The notes under the pieces: generated by a model
The model's database searches: none
What the model was told of the DNA's origin: nothing
What the model saw: the letters and a program-made list of their open reading frames with translations, nothing else
Shown: positions 10,654 to 22,136 of the stretch, one piece after another
Numbering within the stretch: position 1 is the stretch's first letter
How the letters are laid out: each line of letters starts with the position of its first letter
DNA from: Naegleria gruberi
Lineage: Eukaryota
Direction: 5' to 3' (one strand)
NCBI GenBank assembly: GCA_000004985.1
Contig: GG738909.1
DNA length: 64,000 nucleotides
Made by a program: the position numbers and the translations under genes

Positions 10654-12378
10654 ATGTTGCCTTCCTTGTCCGATTTATTTGGGCAAGATGATGGCAAAGA
10701 TGCCAACAAGATGCCTAAACAACAACAGCTTACTATTAGTAATCCATCATCAACCAACAACAACAGCATCAACAACAACATGATGTTTGTGGGGCAACAA
10801 CACCATCATGCAATATTGGCCAATTCCAATAATGGGCTGCAACAAGATATTGCTATGCATCATGTACATGGATCATCTAATGTGAATGCCTTTGATGAAG
10901 CATCTACATCTAAATTTCAGAATTCTGTTGCCAATTATCATCATCAGTTTGTTCCATCGACAAGAACGACATTGGATAGTGTGGGGAGAAGTAGTCAATC
11001 TTTCACTGCTGGTAGTAATAACAATAGTTCAAACTTAAAATCTAATCTTACACCAGCTTTGATACATGCAACATCATGTACTCCAAACATGATGTTTTCA
11101 AAAATAGTGAATAATAGTGGCATGCCAACATCTACATCATTGAGCATGCATGGATCGATGCATTCAACTCATCAACAACAAGTACATGAAATGTCTAAAA
11201 ACAACGATGCATGTTTGCATGTATTTGATACAAAAACAACACCACTACCTAACTTTAGTACTACAACTACCACCACAGCGAGCAATATAAATGGTAGTAA
11301 TCATAGCAATACTAATGGCAATCCACCACCCTCTTCATCTTTGAATTACAAAACACAAGATGCAATACTGCCCAACAATTTATCACCTCCAACAACAAAC
11401 TCTTCCCAACAAATGTACTTTTCTAATCCTATACAATATTCCCCTCAAGCTAACCAATTGCATGCATCCAATAATAATTTAAACAATAGAGGGCAAAATA
11501 ATGGAAATAATAATGATCAAACGGCAATGCATGATTATCAACCTTCTTCCTCTGCTTATATATATGAACGAAATTCACCAATATTGCTTCAAAACGAAGT
11601 TTATAATAATGGAAATGTATCTTCTTCATCATCTACTAATAATACTGCTAGGAACTCATCCACAAAATCAAATGTAAATGATACATCTACTAATGTGGTA
11701 AATACTTCTCAAAATGGATCATTTCCAAGTCGGTTTGAAAATTATCAACATCATGATTTACAATCATCCACACATCCGGTTATTAAGGAAAATCACCTTA
11801 ATACCATTTTTAATGGAATATTTTATGAGGATGCAGAAAATTCGAAACGGAAAATTGAGGATGCAAGTAATTCATCAAGAAAAAAGAGAAAGAATGAAAA
11901 CGAAACGAAACATTCAATTAACAATTCGGAATCATTCATTAATCCACCTTCAATAATTACCACACCTAAATCATTGAATCGCCAATCCAATACCACCAAT
12001 AGCTCTTCTAAGAAAACTAAATCAGAAATTAATAATACGAAACAGCCTCTCAAATCGCCCTCAGGTTTATCAGATAGTTCTACAAATTACGCGACACATA
12101 ATTCACTCTCGACAGTACCACAAAACTCGATTCAATTCATGAACTTCTCGATATCAGACAAATCGAAAATTAAATTTGTGAATGCTAGACATCAACAGAT
12201 AGGAATTAATGACGGTGCATGGACTGAAAAAGAGCATGCAGATTTTATGCGAGGACTAAACGAGTGTGGAAGAGGCAGATGGCGAGAGATTGCCGAAAAC
12301 TATGTTCTCACTAGAACGAGAACTCAGGTAGCCAGCCATGCCCGTAAATATCTAGAAACCCCACCCAATAAAAAGTAG
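10654..12378 (+). CDS. SHAQKYF-class Myb-domain transcription factor with a long Q/N/S-rich low-complexity N-terminal region
   Basis: 574-aa ORF. C-terminal WTEKEHADFMRGLNECGRGRWREIAENYVLTRTRTQVASHARKY matches the SHAQKYF/MYB-related single-repeat domain. The remainder is poly-N/Q/S. Confidence 0.8.
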   Translation: MLPSLSDLFGQDDGKDANKMPKQQQLTISNPSSTNNNSINNNMMFVGQQHHHAILANSNNGLQQDIAMHHVHGSSNVNAFDEASTSKFQNSVANYHHQFVPSTRTTLDSVGRSSQSFTAGSNNNSSNLKSNLTPALIHATSCTPNMMFSKIVNNSGMPTSTSLSMHGSMHSTHQQQVHEMSKNNDACLHVFDTKTTPLPNFSTTTTTTASNINGSNHSNTNGNPPPSSSLNYKTQDAILPNNLSPPTTNSSQQMYFSNPIQYSPQANQLHASNNNLNNRGQNNGNNNDQTAMHDYQPSSSAYIYERNSPILLQNEVYNNGNVSSSSSTNNTARNSSTKSNVNDTSTNVVNTSQNGSFPSRFENYQHHDLQSSTHPVIKENHLNTIFNGIFYEDAENSKRKIEDASNSSRKKRKNENETKHSINNSESFINPPSIITTPKSLNRQSNTTNSSSKKTKSEINNTKQPLKSPSGLSDSSTNYATHNSLSTVPQNSIQFMNFSISDKSKIKFVNARHQQIGINDGAWTEKEHADFMRGLNECGRGRWREIAENYVLTRTRTQVASHARKYLETPPNKK

Positions 12379-12572
12379 TTCCATAGTTGGAAATCATCCA
12401 ATTTGAGGAGGGTAACCAAACTTGCTTCATTACTATTAAGTTTCGTCTCATTTTCATGGATTTATGAATAGTATTCAATAGATTTTAGAAAAGATGTCGT
12501 TTACATGCACATTCTTTTTTAATTCAATTTATGCTTAACAAATTTGAACTCAATTTTTTAACTAAAAAAAAA

Positions 12573-13384
12573 ATGAGTTTTTCTTATGGACCTTACTATG
12601 CCGTTCACAGAGGAAGAAATCCTGGAGTCTATCTCAAATGGGATGACTGCAAGGAACAAGTACAGGGCTTCTCTGGTAATTGTTACAAGAAATTTTCATC
12701 CATAATATTTGCCGATTGGTTTGTTGAAGAAGGACCAAAGAAATTCAAAAAGAGAATTCGTTTCCATTCCAAAGATTGGGTTTCAAGTGGGAGTGAAGTT
12801 GAGGATTGTTACTATGATGATGATTTATCGGATGCTAATGATGATAGAGAAGTTTATGTTTGTGGAAAACAATTCCGAAAGAGAAGAAAGAATATTGGTG
12901 ATGAAGCGAATGATTGTAGTCATGCTCCTGTTTGTAGATATCATCTGGAGGGAAATTGTCGATTTGGAAGGAATTGCAGATTTTACCATCCTCCAAGAAG
13001 TGTTATCACAAGAATGAAAAGTAATAGTGAAGGAAATAGACATCATCCTAATGATGATCAATAAGCAATAATGAGAATCAAAAACAAAGTAGTAATAGTG
13101 TCGTTAATATTAACGTTAATAATTCTGCAACTTCAAATTCTACTACCACTTGTCCAGGAGCTAATCAAAATGCAAGTAGAAAAGTATGTAGATATTGGTC
13201 ACAAGGAAATTGCAGATTTGGAACGAATTGCTGGTTCTATCATCCAGCACCAGCAGCAATTTCATCATCATTACAAAATAATGTTACTGCTACTAATCCA
13301 TCGAATCAGCAGTCTAGTAATTCAGTAATTGTGAATTCTTCTGTGCCTGCTGAGCAAATTTATTATGATAGTAGTGATAGATGA
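12573..13384 (+). CDS. Protein with an RNase H1 N-terminal-like (caulimovirus ORF VI-like, dsRNA/hybrid-binding) domain followed by two CCCH zinc fingers. Two exons: 12573..13020 and 13158..13384.
   Basis: MSFSYGPYYAVHRGRNPGVYLKWDDCKEQVQGFSGNCYKKF matches the RNase H1 N-terminal domain consensus (YYAV..GR.pGIy..W.ec..qv.g...a.yKkF). First CCCH: CRYHLEGNCRFGRNCRFYH. The second CCCH (CRYWSQGNCRFGTNCWFYH) is in frame 2 with no start codon. A 137-nt intron joins them in phase, with donor AAAA|GTAATA at 13021 and acceptor CCACTTGTCCAG| at 13157. The stop TGA is at 13382-13384. Confidence 0.55.
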
Positions 13385-14358
13385 TGGAGATGATTACTAT
13401 GGTGGAAGCTCGTTTAATTATGGAATGAGTTTTAATGATCTAAATATGTTGTTGTCTTATGGAGTGAAACCGTGGGATGATGATGCTGATGATTTGCTTG
13501 ATTTTCTTCATGAAATGTAATTGAATCTTTGGAATTCCTTAAAGAAATTGGTGTAAAATCTCAACATTAAGATTTTGTTCTTTACATTTACAACTGTCAA
13601 AAATAATATTCAAATATCATTCTAATGATAATTAATTCTAGAATTGGCAACAAACAAATTTAGAGCGATATCAAATTCTTGCCAAAATTGGACGTATAAA
13701 GAAAGAATTATTAATTGAAGAAGAAATTTAAATGATTAATCTCTAATCTTGTCAATTTTCTGACCACAGTTTGTAAATTGTAAATAATTCGTGCTCACGT
13801 TTCGAATAACAATTTATCAAAACAAAATGGGTCAACGAAACACCAAGAAACCAGACACTCAAGAACCTGAAAATGAAACTGTATCCACTGACCTCATTGA
13901 TTGTGTAAATCTCATCATTAATGGTCAAGAATATGTCCTTATTGAAAACCATTGGGAAAACATTGAATTGAAACAAGATCCTTTATCTTATCTTTCACAG
14001 GAAGTGGAAAAATGCAAGCTATCCTCTTGGTAACACACAACGATGATTACTATTTCAAAAGCTTTAAGGCATTACTGCCATTTTGATTATCCTTTCAATT
14101 ATAGAGAACTCTCATTCGTATATTATCATTGAACAAAGAGGTCTCATCGAAGATTAATGTTGAAATCAAATTCCACACCTTAATATATCAATTATATCAA
14201 GAGAATCATCATCAGTACGGGTTGCGGTCATTTCGTCGAACAATTCACAGAGGAAGCACTTTCACACTTTCTCTTCTGCTGAACCAAATATAAAAAACTT
14301 CAAAATATTTGAATAATTTTTTAAAAATTTTAAGATTGAAAAAAAATTCATCATCACA

Positions 14359-15801
14359 ATGACCAAGAAGAACACATCATCATCAGCAAGCTCATCCGCA
14401 TCAAAGAAGAAATCAGGAGGTGGTGGTGACGATGATATGAAATTCCTCATGGAAATGCAAAAGAAGAATGAAAAGGAAACAGTCAAACAACAACAACAAT
14501 CGAATGGATCATCGAAAAAACAAACCACCAAACAACCAAAAGATTGGCCTTCCGAACAAACTCAACCAGAACCTACAGTCCCAATCAAGTATTTATTCAA
14601 GGATGAGAAATTCCCACAGGGTGAAATTTGTGAATTAGGAACCTATGATTATAAAACCAAGAGATTTCATCCTTCCGAATTGAAGGAAGGAGCACAAGAA
14701 AAGGATGAAAAATTACAAGAACGTCTCCAGGAGGCTAGACATGCTGCTGAAGTTCACAGAACTGCTAGAAAATGGTTCAAGACTATTGTTAAACCTGGAA
14801 TGAAAGTTATTGATGCTGCTGAAACTTATGAAAATAAGGTTAGAGAATTATTGGAAGCTGATAAGAAAAAGTCTGGACTTGCTTTCCCATTGGGTTGTTC
14901 ATTGAATCATGTTGCTGCTCACTATACACCAAATAGTGGAGATGAAACTGTTATTGGAAAGGATGATGTGATTAAATTCGATTTGGGAACTCATGTTAAT
15001 GGTACAATTATTGATTCTGCATTCACAATGTGTTGGAATGATCAATATCAACCATTATTGGATGCTGTCAAAGATGCCACTAATATGGGTGTTAAGGCTG
15101 CTGGTATTGATGTCAGATTAGGTGATGTTGGTGCTGCCATTCAAGAAGTTATGGAATCTTATGAAGTTGTATGTGTTATTTTGAATACTTTGATTTATTA
15201 ATATTTTTGGATTTCAATTATTTCAATTATTTCAATTATTTGAAATTCACAAATATTCAATTAATTTATTGAACAAATTAATAATGGAATATAATAGACA
15301 ATTAATGGAAAGACTCACAAGGTTAGAAGTATTGAAAATTTGTGTGGTCACTCTGTTGAAAGATATCGTGTCCATGCTGGTAAATCAGTTCCAATTGTTG
15401 CTACTGAAGAAAATACCAAGATGGAAGAAAATGAATTTTTCGCTATTGAAACTTTCGGTTCTACTGGTAAGGGTTACATCAATGAAGAAGGTGTCTGTTC
15501 ACATTATGGCAGAGAATACACATACAATGGTGATGGTTCTGAATTGAGAAATAAGGATTCTAAAGATTTACTCAAAGTTATCAATGAAAACTTTGGATCC
15601 ATTCCTTTCTGTCGTAGATACTTGGACAGAATTGGCCAAAAGAAATATCTTACTGCTCTTCGTGATTTGGTAAACAATGGTATTGTCAATGAATATCCAC
15701 CATTGGTTGATGTTAGAGGTTGTTACACTGCTCAATTCGAGCATACTATTTTCTTGAGACCAACCTGCAAGGAAGTTTTGAGTAGAGGATCCGACTATTA
15801 A
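14359..15801 (+). CDS. metap2: Methionine aminopeptidase 2 (MetAP2, peptidase M24 family). Two exons: 14359..15168 and 15298..15801.
   Basis: Lys/Ser-rich N-terminus followed by [28 protein letters not shown]...[13 protein letters not shown]...[17 protein letters not shown]. After a GTATGT...ATAG intron (15169..15297), the sequence continues [34 protein letters not shown]...[17 protein letters not shown]. It is collinear with human METAP2 ([39 protein letters not shown]). Confidence 0.9.
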
Positions 15802-16924
15802 ATGCATTTTACAAAAATCTCCTTTAAGAATATAATACAACAACACGACAACTGTAGTCGACATTTTTGACATGTCATGTAGTTCTGTAGTGGAACTATA
15901 TGATGGACTGTACGACTCATCAACTCTAGTTTCTAACACGAATCTGATGGATGCAAAAATGTCATTCAAAATAAATAATCCCAATTCCTTCCTCTAATTT
16001 CAACGATTCTACTTGCATTTCCTCCAATTCACTTGGAACTAAGGTGTAAACTCTCTAATTCCTAGGTTTAAATCCTTAAAGAAACTCTCAAAGTGAACAA
16101 CCTTTGGACATCCTTGGACATTTTTCGTTCTCTTTCCATCTTCACAACAATAACCACCACAATCCAATGGACATCCTCATGATATCCTCGTGCCATCAAG
16201 ATCGATCTCAGTAGTAGCACCAACGACGAATGAATCAATTAAAGAGATCAACTACGACACTTTAAAGCGATTTGTACGACCATTCAATGCGCTCAAAAAG
16301 CGTTGTTCTATGTTTTTTTTAATATGCAATAATCTGCTTAACAACGAACGTCCATTAATAAAGCGTTCTATTCATGCTTGGGGAATTTTCGCGCCCAGCG
16401 GCCCATAAATGAAAAAACTTTTCAAGTTTGAAATCTTTTCAAATATTATTGAAAAAAAACACACAACATTGATCACCTTCAAGTTCAAAGCACGTGAATT
16501 GCTGCTTACGAGAAGATTTTGAATCAAGTTTGAGATTCAATTAAAGATATCGAATTTTTTGAGTTTTGGATTGACTAATTTCAATTCATATACAAAATAG
16601 GTGAATTAACAATTCAGATTGTACAGCATAGAATCGAGTTTCAAATCCTAATATATAAAAAGAGCAATTTAATCATAGACTAATAACAATGATACCAACA
16701 TCCTCCTCCTCATTGCCGTCATCATCATTACTCTCAAAGATTACTCCACAACAGGAACAACAAATTGAGGATGGAGAAGAAGAATTAACTGAATACAATG
16801 CATTATCAATAACAAAACCTCATGATCATCATCAGCAGCAGCACACCAGCAGCATTCAGTTTCACCCTCAACTACCTCCACTTCTTCATCAGCATCAATA
16901 GATGAAAGTTATAAGTGCTACGAA

Positions 16925-18184
16925 ATGTCCACCACTATTCACGATAATACAACACATGGAGAGCACTTAGAAGTTAAATCTCCACTGTTCATACAGCAGA
17001 ACACTTCAAAATCATCATCATCAACAACCTATTATAGTAGTTACGACCATGTACAAATACAAACAGTAGAAATGACCAAGGCAGAGAATGCGAAATTGTT
17101 TGGAAATGCAGTGGATTGGATATTGAATGCGATTGTGTTGCCAGTGCTCAATTGGACTAGTATTCCAATATTGATATTTTTCATATTGATGAGCAACTTT
17201 CAATTGATTGCTTTTGAATGGTTATTCGAATCTGAGGGAGATTTTTTCAATACTGTAGATTTTGATATCATTGCAACAATTGACAAGTATTTAATGTTTG
17301 GATTGGCAATGCCACACGAATTGTTGGCCAATTTGTATCATCCATTCTTGGATGTCTTCTTTGCCATTCCATATCTGGCTCACTTTGTCTATCCACTTGC
17401 AGTTTATCCAGTCATTGTTTGCATTTTCCTGTGGAAACCTAACAGAGAATCATTGAAAGAAACAGTCATCATACCAACCTATCAAATGCTTCGACGATTC
17501 ATCCCTGGAAAGAGTTCGACCAATGAATCTTCACTCAATGATGATATTGTTTCGTCCTACACTGGAAATTCAACCGATTCCTCCATCTCTCCAAAATATC
17601 AAGTTTCTAACTACAAACTCAAATGCTACTTACTCTCATTGGGTGTCATTTCAATCATTCAGGTTACATTATGTTTCTTCTTCCCAACAGCGCCACCTTG
17701 GTTCAGAGATAACACCATTAAATATGAAGAATACTATGAGATGATTGGTGATGCAACACTCGATATGCCACTTCCAGTCTTTCCACTCTATGCACCAGAG
17801 GCAAGATTTGAAATGGTTGATCGTTTAATTGGTTATGAATTATTTGCAGGAATTTATGGAAAGGGAACTATCAAGTTTGGAAGTTTCTACTCCCTTCATG
17901 TTGGTTGGACTGCCATTATTACCTTTATTGAACTATTTGTTGTTTATAAGCAAGAATCAAATGTTGATGAAGAAAGTTTGACAAGAAGTGAAAAGAGTGG
18001 AAAATCTTGGACTTTTTATCAAATATTCATGATTCAATATTTGGTTTGGATTTTCCTGGCGAGTATGTACTCTGCTCATCACTTTATGATTGATGGACTT
18101 GTGGCAGTCGTGCTGGCAGTTATTATTACAAAATTGTCAACCATGATTATTAAGAATGATTCAAAACCAAAAAAAGAAAATTAA
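16925..18184 (+). CDS. Multipass membrane protein of the PAP2 superfamily (Aur1/IPC-synthase or sphingomyelin-synthase-like)
   Basis: 419 aa with about 6 hydrophobic helices. Candidate PAP2 C2 and C3 motifs are SLHVGWT (S-x-H) and YSAHHFMIDGLVAVVLAV (H-x3-D). The exact family assignment is uncertain. The upstream small ORF 16689..16901 could be a 5' exon. Confidence 0.5.
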   Translation: MSTTIHDNTTHGEHLEVKSPLFIQQNTSKSSSSTTYYSSYDHVQIQTVEMTKAENAKLFGNAVDWILNAIVLPVLNWTSIPILIFFILMSNFQLIAFEWLFESEGDFFNTVDFDIIATIDKYLMFGLAMPHELLANLYHPFLDVFFAIPYLAHFVYPLAVYPVIVCIFLWKPNRESLKETVIIPTYQMLRRFIPGKSSTNESSLNDDIVSSYTGNSTDSSISPKYQVSNYKLKCYLLSLGVISIIQVTLCFFFPTAPPWFRDNTIKYEEYYEMIGDATLDMPLPVFPLYAPEARFEMVDRLIGYELFAGIYGKGTIKFGSFYSLHVGWTAIITFIELFVVYKQESNVDEESLTRSEKSGKSWTFYQIFMIQYLVWIFLASMYSAHHFMIDGLVAVVLAVIITKLSTMIIKNDSKPKKEN

Positions 18185-18499
18185 AAAAAAGAAATAAAAA
18201 AGTAAAAAAGAAATTTAACATAAAAATTGACAACTTTTTGGAGAGAATCCAAATTAAAAGTAATATTTTAATTGTAATAGTTGATTGTGCCAGTTACTCT
18301 ATTATTTGAAAATTGTATCATAAATGTTTTCGTCTGAAATGATTAATAGTTGGCAAGTAGCAACAGTCATGATGGACCAGTTCAATCAGAATCCAACGGT
18401 TTGGAATATTGGAAAGAATGTGAGAAGCAAACTAACAATTAAGGTGGTTGCATTGAAAAGTAAAACTTGAACTAGTGAAAAGAACTGGTGAAAAAACAA

Positions 18500-18511
18500 A
18501 TAAACAAAAAA
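18500..18511 (-). terminator. RNA polymerase III oligo-T terminator immediately 3' of 5S copy 1
   Basis: Minus strand reads ...GUAGUC-TTTTTGTTTATTTGTTTTTT (plus-strand A-runs at 18491-18511). Confidence 0.7.
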
Positions 18512-18629
18512 GACTACAGCACCACAGGTTCCCAAGTTGTCTCCAACCTCAGTACTGATGTGGCTCGACGATGCTTAACTTCTCAAATCGGACGGGATGA
18601 GGTGCATTCATCGTGATATGGCCGTAGCC
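18512..18629 (-). rRNA. 5S ribosomal RNA gene, copy 1 (about 118 nt)
   Basis: Reverse complement reads GGCUACGGCCAUAUCACGAUGAAUGCACCUCAUCCCGUCCGAUUUGAGAAGUUAAGCAUCGUCGAGCCACAUCAGUACUGAGGUUGGAGACAACUUGGGAACCUGUGGUGCUGUAGUC. It carries the universal 5S blocks ACGGCCAUA, CAUCCCGUxCGAU, AAGUUAAGC, AGUACU and GGUGCUGUA. Helix I closes between the 5' GGCUACGGC and the 3' GCUGUAGUC. The GGUUGGAGACAAC...GGGAAC block resembles dictyostelid 5S. Confidence 0.85.
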
Positions 18630-18738
18630 ATTCATAAACCTAAAATATGAAATATAAATGTATTATGATTATAAAAAGATTGAAAAAAATCAATTTCAGT
18701 GAATTACAACATTAGGGTAGTTCAATAACTTGAATTTA

Positions 18739-21285
18739 TTATTCAAGTACAATAACCATTGATTTCTGATCGTGATATTTCCACTTGATTGGATCTGTTT
18801 CGAGTGGAGGAAACATGATTCCAGTCTTATTGTAATTATATCCTCTTGAAATGGCAAGAAGGAAAAAGTCTCTGTTTTGCTTCAAGTGTTTCGGCAGCTC
18901 ATTCAAGTTGTTAGCATTGGCTCTCACTGCCAATTCAGCAATTTCCAAGTCCTCCTTCAAATGATCTGGGAAATGAACGTAACTGTTTGGATATTTAAGT
19001 AAGGTAGCTTTGGCAAGTTTGCTATTTAACTTGAATCTTGGTGGTAAATTGTTAATATCAACAAATGTTGGTGTTTCCATAATTGCCCTTTCTACAATTT
19101 CCTCATCAATGATACTCTGATCAATATTTTCAAAGCAAAGATATTTTGGACTCTCGTTTCTTAAATATTTACAGCATTCGATTGTGTATAAAACCATTTC
19201 TCTATCTTTTTGGAACTTTTCACTCATAACTAAAATTTTAGGGAAATTCCTGACTGCAATCTTGAACAATTCTGGATTGTTGTAGACCTTCTCGTCAAAC
19301 ATGAAAATATTAGTTCCAAACTCTATGGATTTCTTTATCCACTCAATATTTTTCATTACCTTATTATAAAACATTGGTATTACAGTCATGTCACATCCAG
19401 ATTCCACAATAATATTACAAATTTCGTTATTATCTTGAATTTCCTTTGAAAATCTCTGCAATTGATAAGGGAAAGCTTTCAAAGTCCTCTTGGCGAATTC
19501 AAGATTAGTAGTTAAAAAATCAGGTGTGCATTTTTTTCTCTCGATTTGCTTATTTTTTACAGTGTTGATTTCATCGTGTTTAATTTCCCAAGTGGTTTCA
19601 GATCTGAAATTTTTTCTGCAACTGTAAATAAATAATTGATCCAATACTGGAAAATATGGCGCAGCTTCGAGTATCAGTTCCATTTCGTTTTCCAACCATG
19701 TATTTCTGAAATTTTTACAAATTGTTGGATAAATTGGCACAATTTGCTTCATTAATTCGGTATCTTCTCTCAATTCTGTGTGAAGATGCTTGTACAGAGT
19801 AGGTTGATAAACTTCCTTATTCTTCAAATTTTGACATGCCAATTTGAATAAATTTGCCTGGACTTCAAGGGGAACAGTATTATCACATATTACACTTGTA
19901 AAGTTTTCACCAAGGAGTGATATTGCCGATTTACACAATTCAGGATGTTTTTCAAAGTGTCTCCATTCTATTGGAATATTTCCAAATGTTGATGGAGCTA
20001 ATTTGATAATTTCTGAAAAATCATTTTCAGTATAAGTATACTTTTGAGCTGATTTGATATTGTACTCTGCCATGAATTTCAAACCATCAGGAATAGTTTT
20101 AAAAACCCTTCCTAAAAATTCGTAATCTCTCTTATCTAGTACCTTATTTTCAATCACTCCATAACATGAAGTTTCGAATACTGGACCGTAAACTCTATCA
20201 TCGTTCGTAAGGAAAGCCTCCATAATCACATCCTTGTCTTGAATTAGAGATGGATGCAGAGTAATCTTTTCAAAATTTTGCAATTTCTTGTGCGTAGGCA
20301 TTTTGGATCCGTGATAGAAAATCTCTCTGAAATGGTTCAGGAAAAATATAACAAAATCCTTGTTTGATTTCAGATCTTCTGGTAAATTCTGGAAGGGGAT
20401 CAATGATAAACGAGCTAACAGGTAATAAATTGAATTATTCTTGATGGATGACAAGAATTTGGAAAGCCATTGATCCTTTGTCTTATCTACATATAATTTT
20501 TTCTTGACATTGTCAAATTCTGGATAATCGGTTGGACCATATTGATCTATTTCCTTTGGTCCCCGAGGGAATGTAATAGATTCCTCAATTCTTTCATAAA
20601 GTTGTGGAATAATCTCTCCTTGTGAAACTGACAATTCTAAAAGGTCTATTAACTCGTTCCAAATTCCATATTCTTTCTGAAAGAGATGGTACTCCGAATG
20701 GGATTGACGAAGGTGTGCTTTTTTCAAACTACGAGTATCGTACACTTTGAAATTTTGAATCACAATCGCAAGACACTTGTCAATATTCTTCAACAGCGAT
20801 TCTGGACAATCTTCCAAATTTTTCAAGTGAATTCTGCAATAATAATTCAAACAATCAGCCTTCAAGAATTTGAATTTTCCCAACAAGTAATGCACAACCG
20901 ACCTCATCAACTTGTCATCCGATGGCAACTCATTAAAATCATTCATTTCACGAATAGTTGAACTGTACTGTAATAGGTTAATCACCCTAAAGGCTTTATA
21001 CAAATTACTATTCACCACTCGGAAGTAAAATTGCTGATCGACAAGCATTGCCTCGAGCATTGTTTTTGGATCAAGAAAATCACTCACATAATCTTGAATT
21101 TCGGGTAACAAATTTCGGAATGGAAAAAAAAAGGATGATGAGGATGATGAATCGACAAGCATTGCCTCGTCCTGACTTGTTTCCTGATGATGATTCTTTG
21201 GTTCATCATGGAGTGTACCTGTTGTTGATGGTTCTTGCATTTTTTTTTGATGTTCTTTAGTGGTAGATTCATTGTAAAAGTTCAT
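18739..21285 (-). CDS. Hypothetical 848-aa protein with weak repeated DUF4116-like (F..D.E.VL.AV..N) motifs; no confident family
   Basis: Long uninterrupted ORF with typical coding composition. Recurring units include KDFVIFFLNHFREIFYH, ELFKIAVRNFPKILVMSEKFQKDREMVLYTIE and LKQNRDFFLLAISRGYN. The last about 17 codons (IKWKYHDQKSMVIVLE*) lie inside the duplicated 5S block. Confidence 0.6.
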   Translation of the reverse strand: MNFYNESTTKEHQKKMQEPSTTGTLHDEPKNHHQETSQDEAMLVDSSSSSSFFFPFRNLLPEIQDYVSDFLDPKTMLEAMLVDQQFYFRVVNSNLYKAFRVINLLQYSSTIREMNDFNELPSDDKLMRSVVHYLLGKFKFLKADCLNYYCRIHLKNLEDCPESLLKNIDKCLAIVIQNFKVYDTRSLKKAHLRQSHSEYHLFQKEYGIWNELIDLLELSVSQGEIIPQLYERIEESITFPRGPKEIDQYGPTDYPEFDNVKKKLYVDKTKDQWLSKFLSSIKNNSIYYLLARLSLIPFQNLPEDLKSNKDFVIFFLNHFREIFYHGSKMPTHKKLQNFEKITLHPSLIQDKDVIMEAFLTNDDRVYGPVFETSCYGVIENKVLDKRDYEFLGRVFKTIPDGLKFMAEYNIKSAQKYTYTENDFSEIIKLAPSTFGNIPIEWRHFEKHPELCKSAISLLGENFTSVICDNTVPLEVQANLFKLACQNLKNKEVYQPTLYKHLHTELREDTELMKQIVPIYPTICKNFRNTWLENEMELILEAAPYFPVLDQLFIYSCRKNFRSETTWEIKHDEINTVKNKQIERKKCTPDFLTTNLEFAKRTLKAFPYQLQRFSKEIQDNNEICNIIVESGCDMTVIPMFYNKVMKNIEWIKKSIEFGTNIFMFDEKVYNNPELFKIAVRNFPKILVMSEKFQKDREMVLYTIECCKYLRNESPKYLCFENIDQSIIDEEIVERAIMETPTFVDINNLPPRFKLNSKLAKATLLKYPNSYVHFPDHLKEDLEIAELAVRANANNLNELPKHLKQNRDFFLLAISRGYNYNKTGIMFPPLETDPIKWKYHDQKSMVIVLE

Positions 21286-21522
21286 ACTTCATTGAATTTG
21301 CATTACCTGACACATTACAGTGTTGCCTAGAGTGATATCTCTACAGCAGGAATACTCTCAAATTTAAAATTCCTTAGATCTCTCTATGAATCCACTGGTG
21401 GCAATAATCTCTAACAGAATCAAAAAAATGATAAATTTATCAAGATTGATTTCTTTTTATTTTACAACAATAAATATTACAAAATATGATACAAAAACTC
21501 TTCTGAAAAACAAGCAGAAAAA

Positions 21523-21765
21523 TTAATCACGCTTTGGCTTTTCTGGAAGAATTGGTGCCCAATCGAATGACATTGGATCACGAACATCAATTGGTCTATG
21601 GAATGTAACCATTTCTGCTTCATTATTTGGAGTTGTACTTGGAATTCCAAAGTAGGTTTTGCACATTTGAGTGAAAATATAGGATCCAGCAGCAACGGTA
21701 GTGAAAATAGTCAATTGCTTGAAAGGTTTCTTGGCTTGAAGGTAGTGGAAGTTAATGGTGGACAT
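21523..21765 (-). CDS. NDUFA4/COXFA4-like small respiratory-chain subunit (80 aa)
   Basis: MSTINFHYLQAKKPFKQLTIFTTVAAGSYIFTQMCKTYFGIPSTTP... resembles NDUFA4 (..[36 protein letters not shown]..): QAKK, one TM helix, short basic tail. Confidence 0.55.
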   Translation of the reverse strand: MSTINFHYLQAKKPFKQLTIFTTVAAGSYIFTQMCKTYFGIPSTTPNNEAEMVTFHRPIDVRDPMSFDWAPILPEKPKRD

Positions 21766-22136
21766 GATGTTAGAGATTAATTCGGTTAGTTGATTTTTTT
21801 CTGTTTGGTTTTATTCGAAATGCTGGTTTTTGAGGTTTTCATGATCAAGAACCTTGTTATCGACATGAACTGTTTGGAGAAATGATTCTTCTTTCATGGT
21901 TTTTTTGATTTTTTGAGTGACGTTTGTTTGTGATCTCTGTTTTACAATGAAAAGATTCTTAATACAAAATATGATTCTTTTGAATGTTGAAAAACCTATT
22001 GCATGACAATTTTATTCTTCAGATTAAATACCATTCTTAAATGATCCTTTTCAATAACAATAATTTCTTCTATTTATTGAAAAAAACTAAATTTTGGAGT
22101 TCGCTCCAGAAATAAAGGATTTTATTGTTTCATGGT

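Noticed and set aside
13791-14033. 80-aa ORF whose inner ATG gives MGQRNTKKPDTQEPEN (N-myristoylation-like MGxxxT)
   Set aside because: It is short, has no homology and may be a 5' exon or noise. It is not listed as a feature.
12960-15361. Single-base disagreements between the printed sequence and the ORF-track translations at line breaks (e.g. 12960/12961, 13020/13021, 15300/15301, 15360/15361)
   Set aside because: The ORF track is internally consistent and matches conserved protein motifs (CRFYHPPRSVITRMK; ...NRQ...). I treated these as transcription or reading artefacts, not as biological frameshifts.
16689-16901. 70-aa S/Q/H-rich ORF just upstream of the PAP2-like gene
   Set aside because: It could be a 5' exon of 16925..18184 or a separate low-complexity peptide. 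No splice signal links them in frame, so it is left unassigned.
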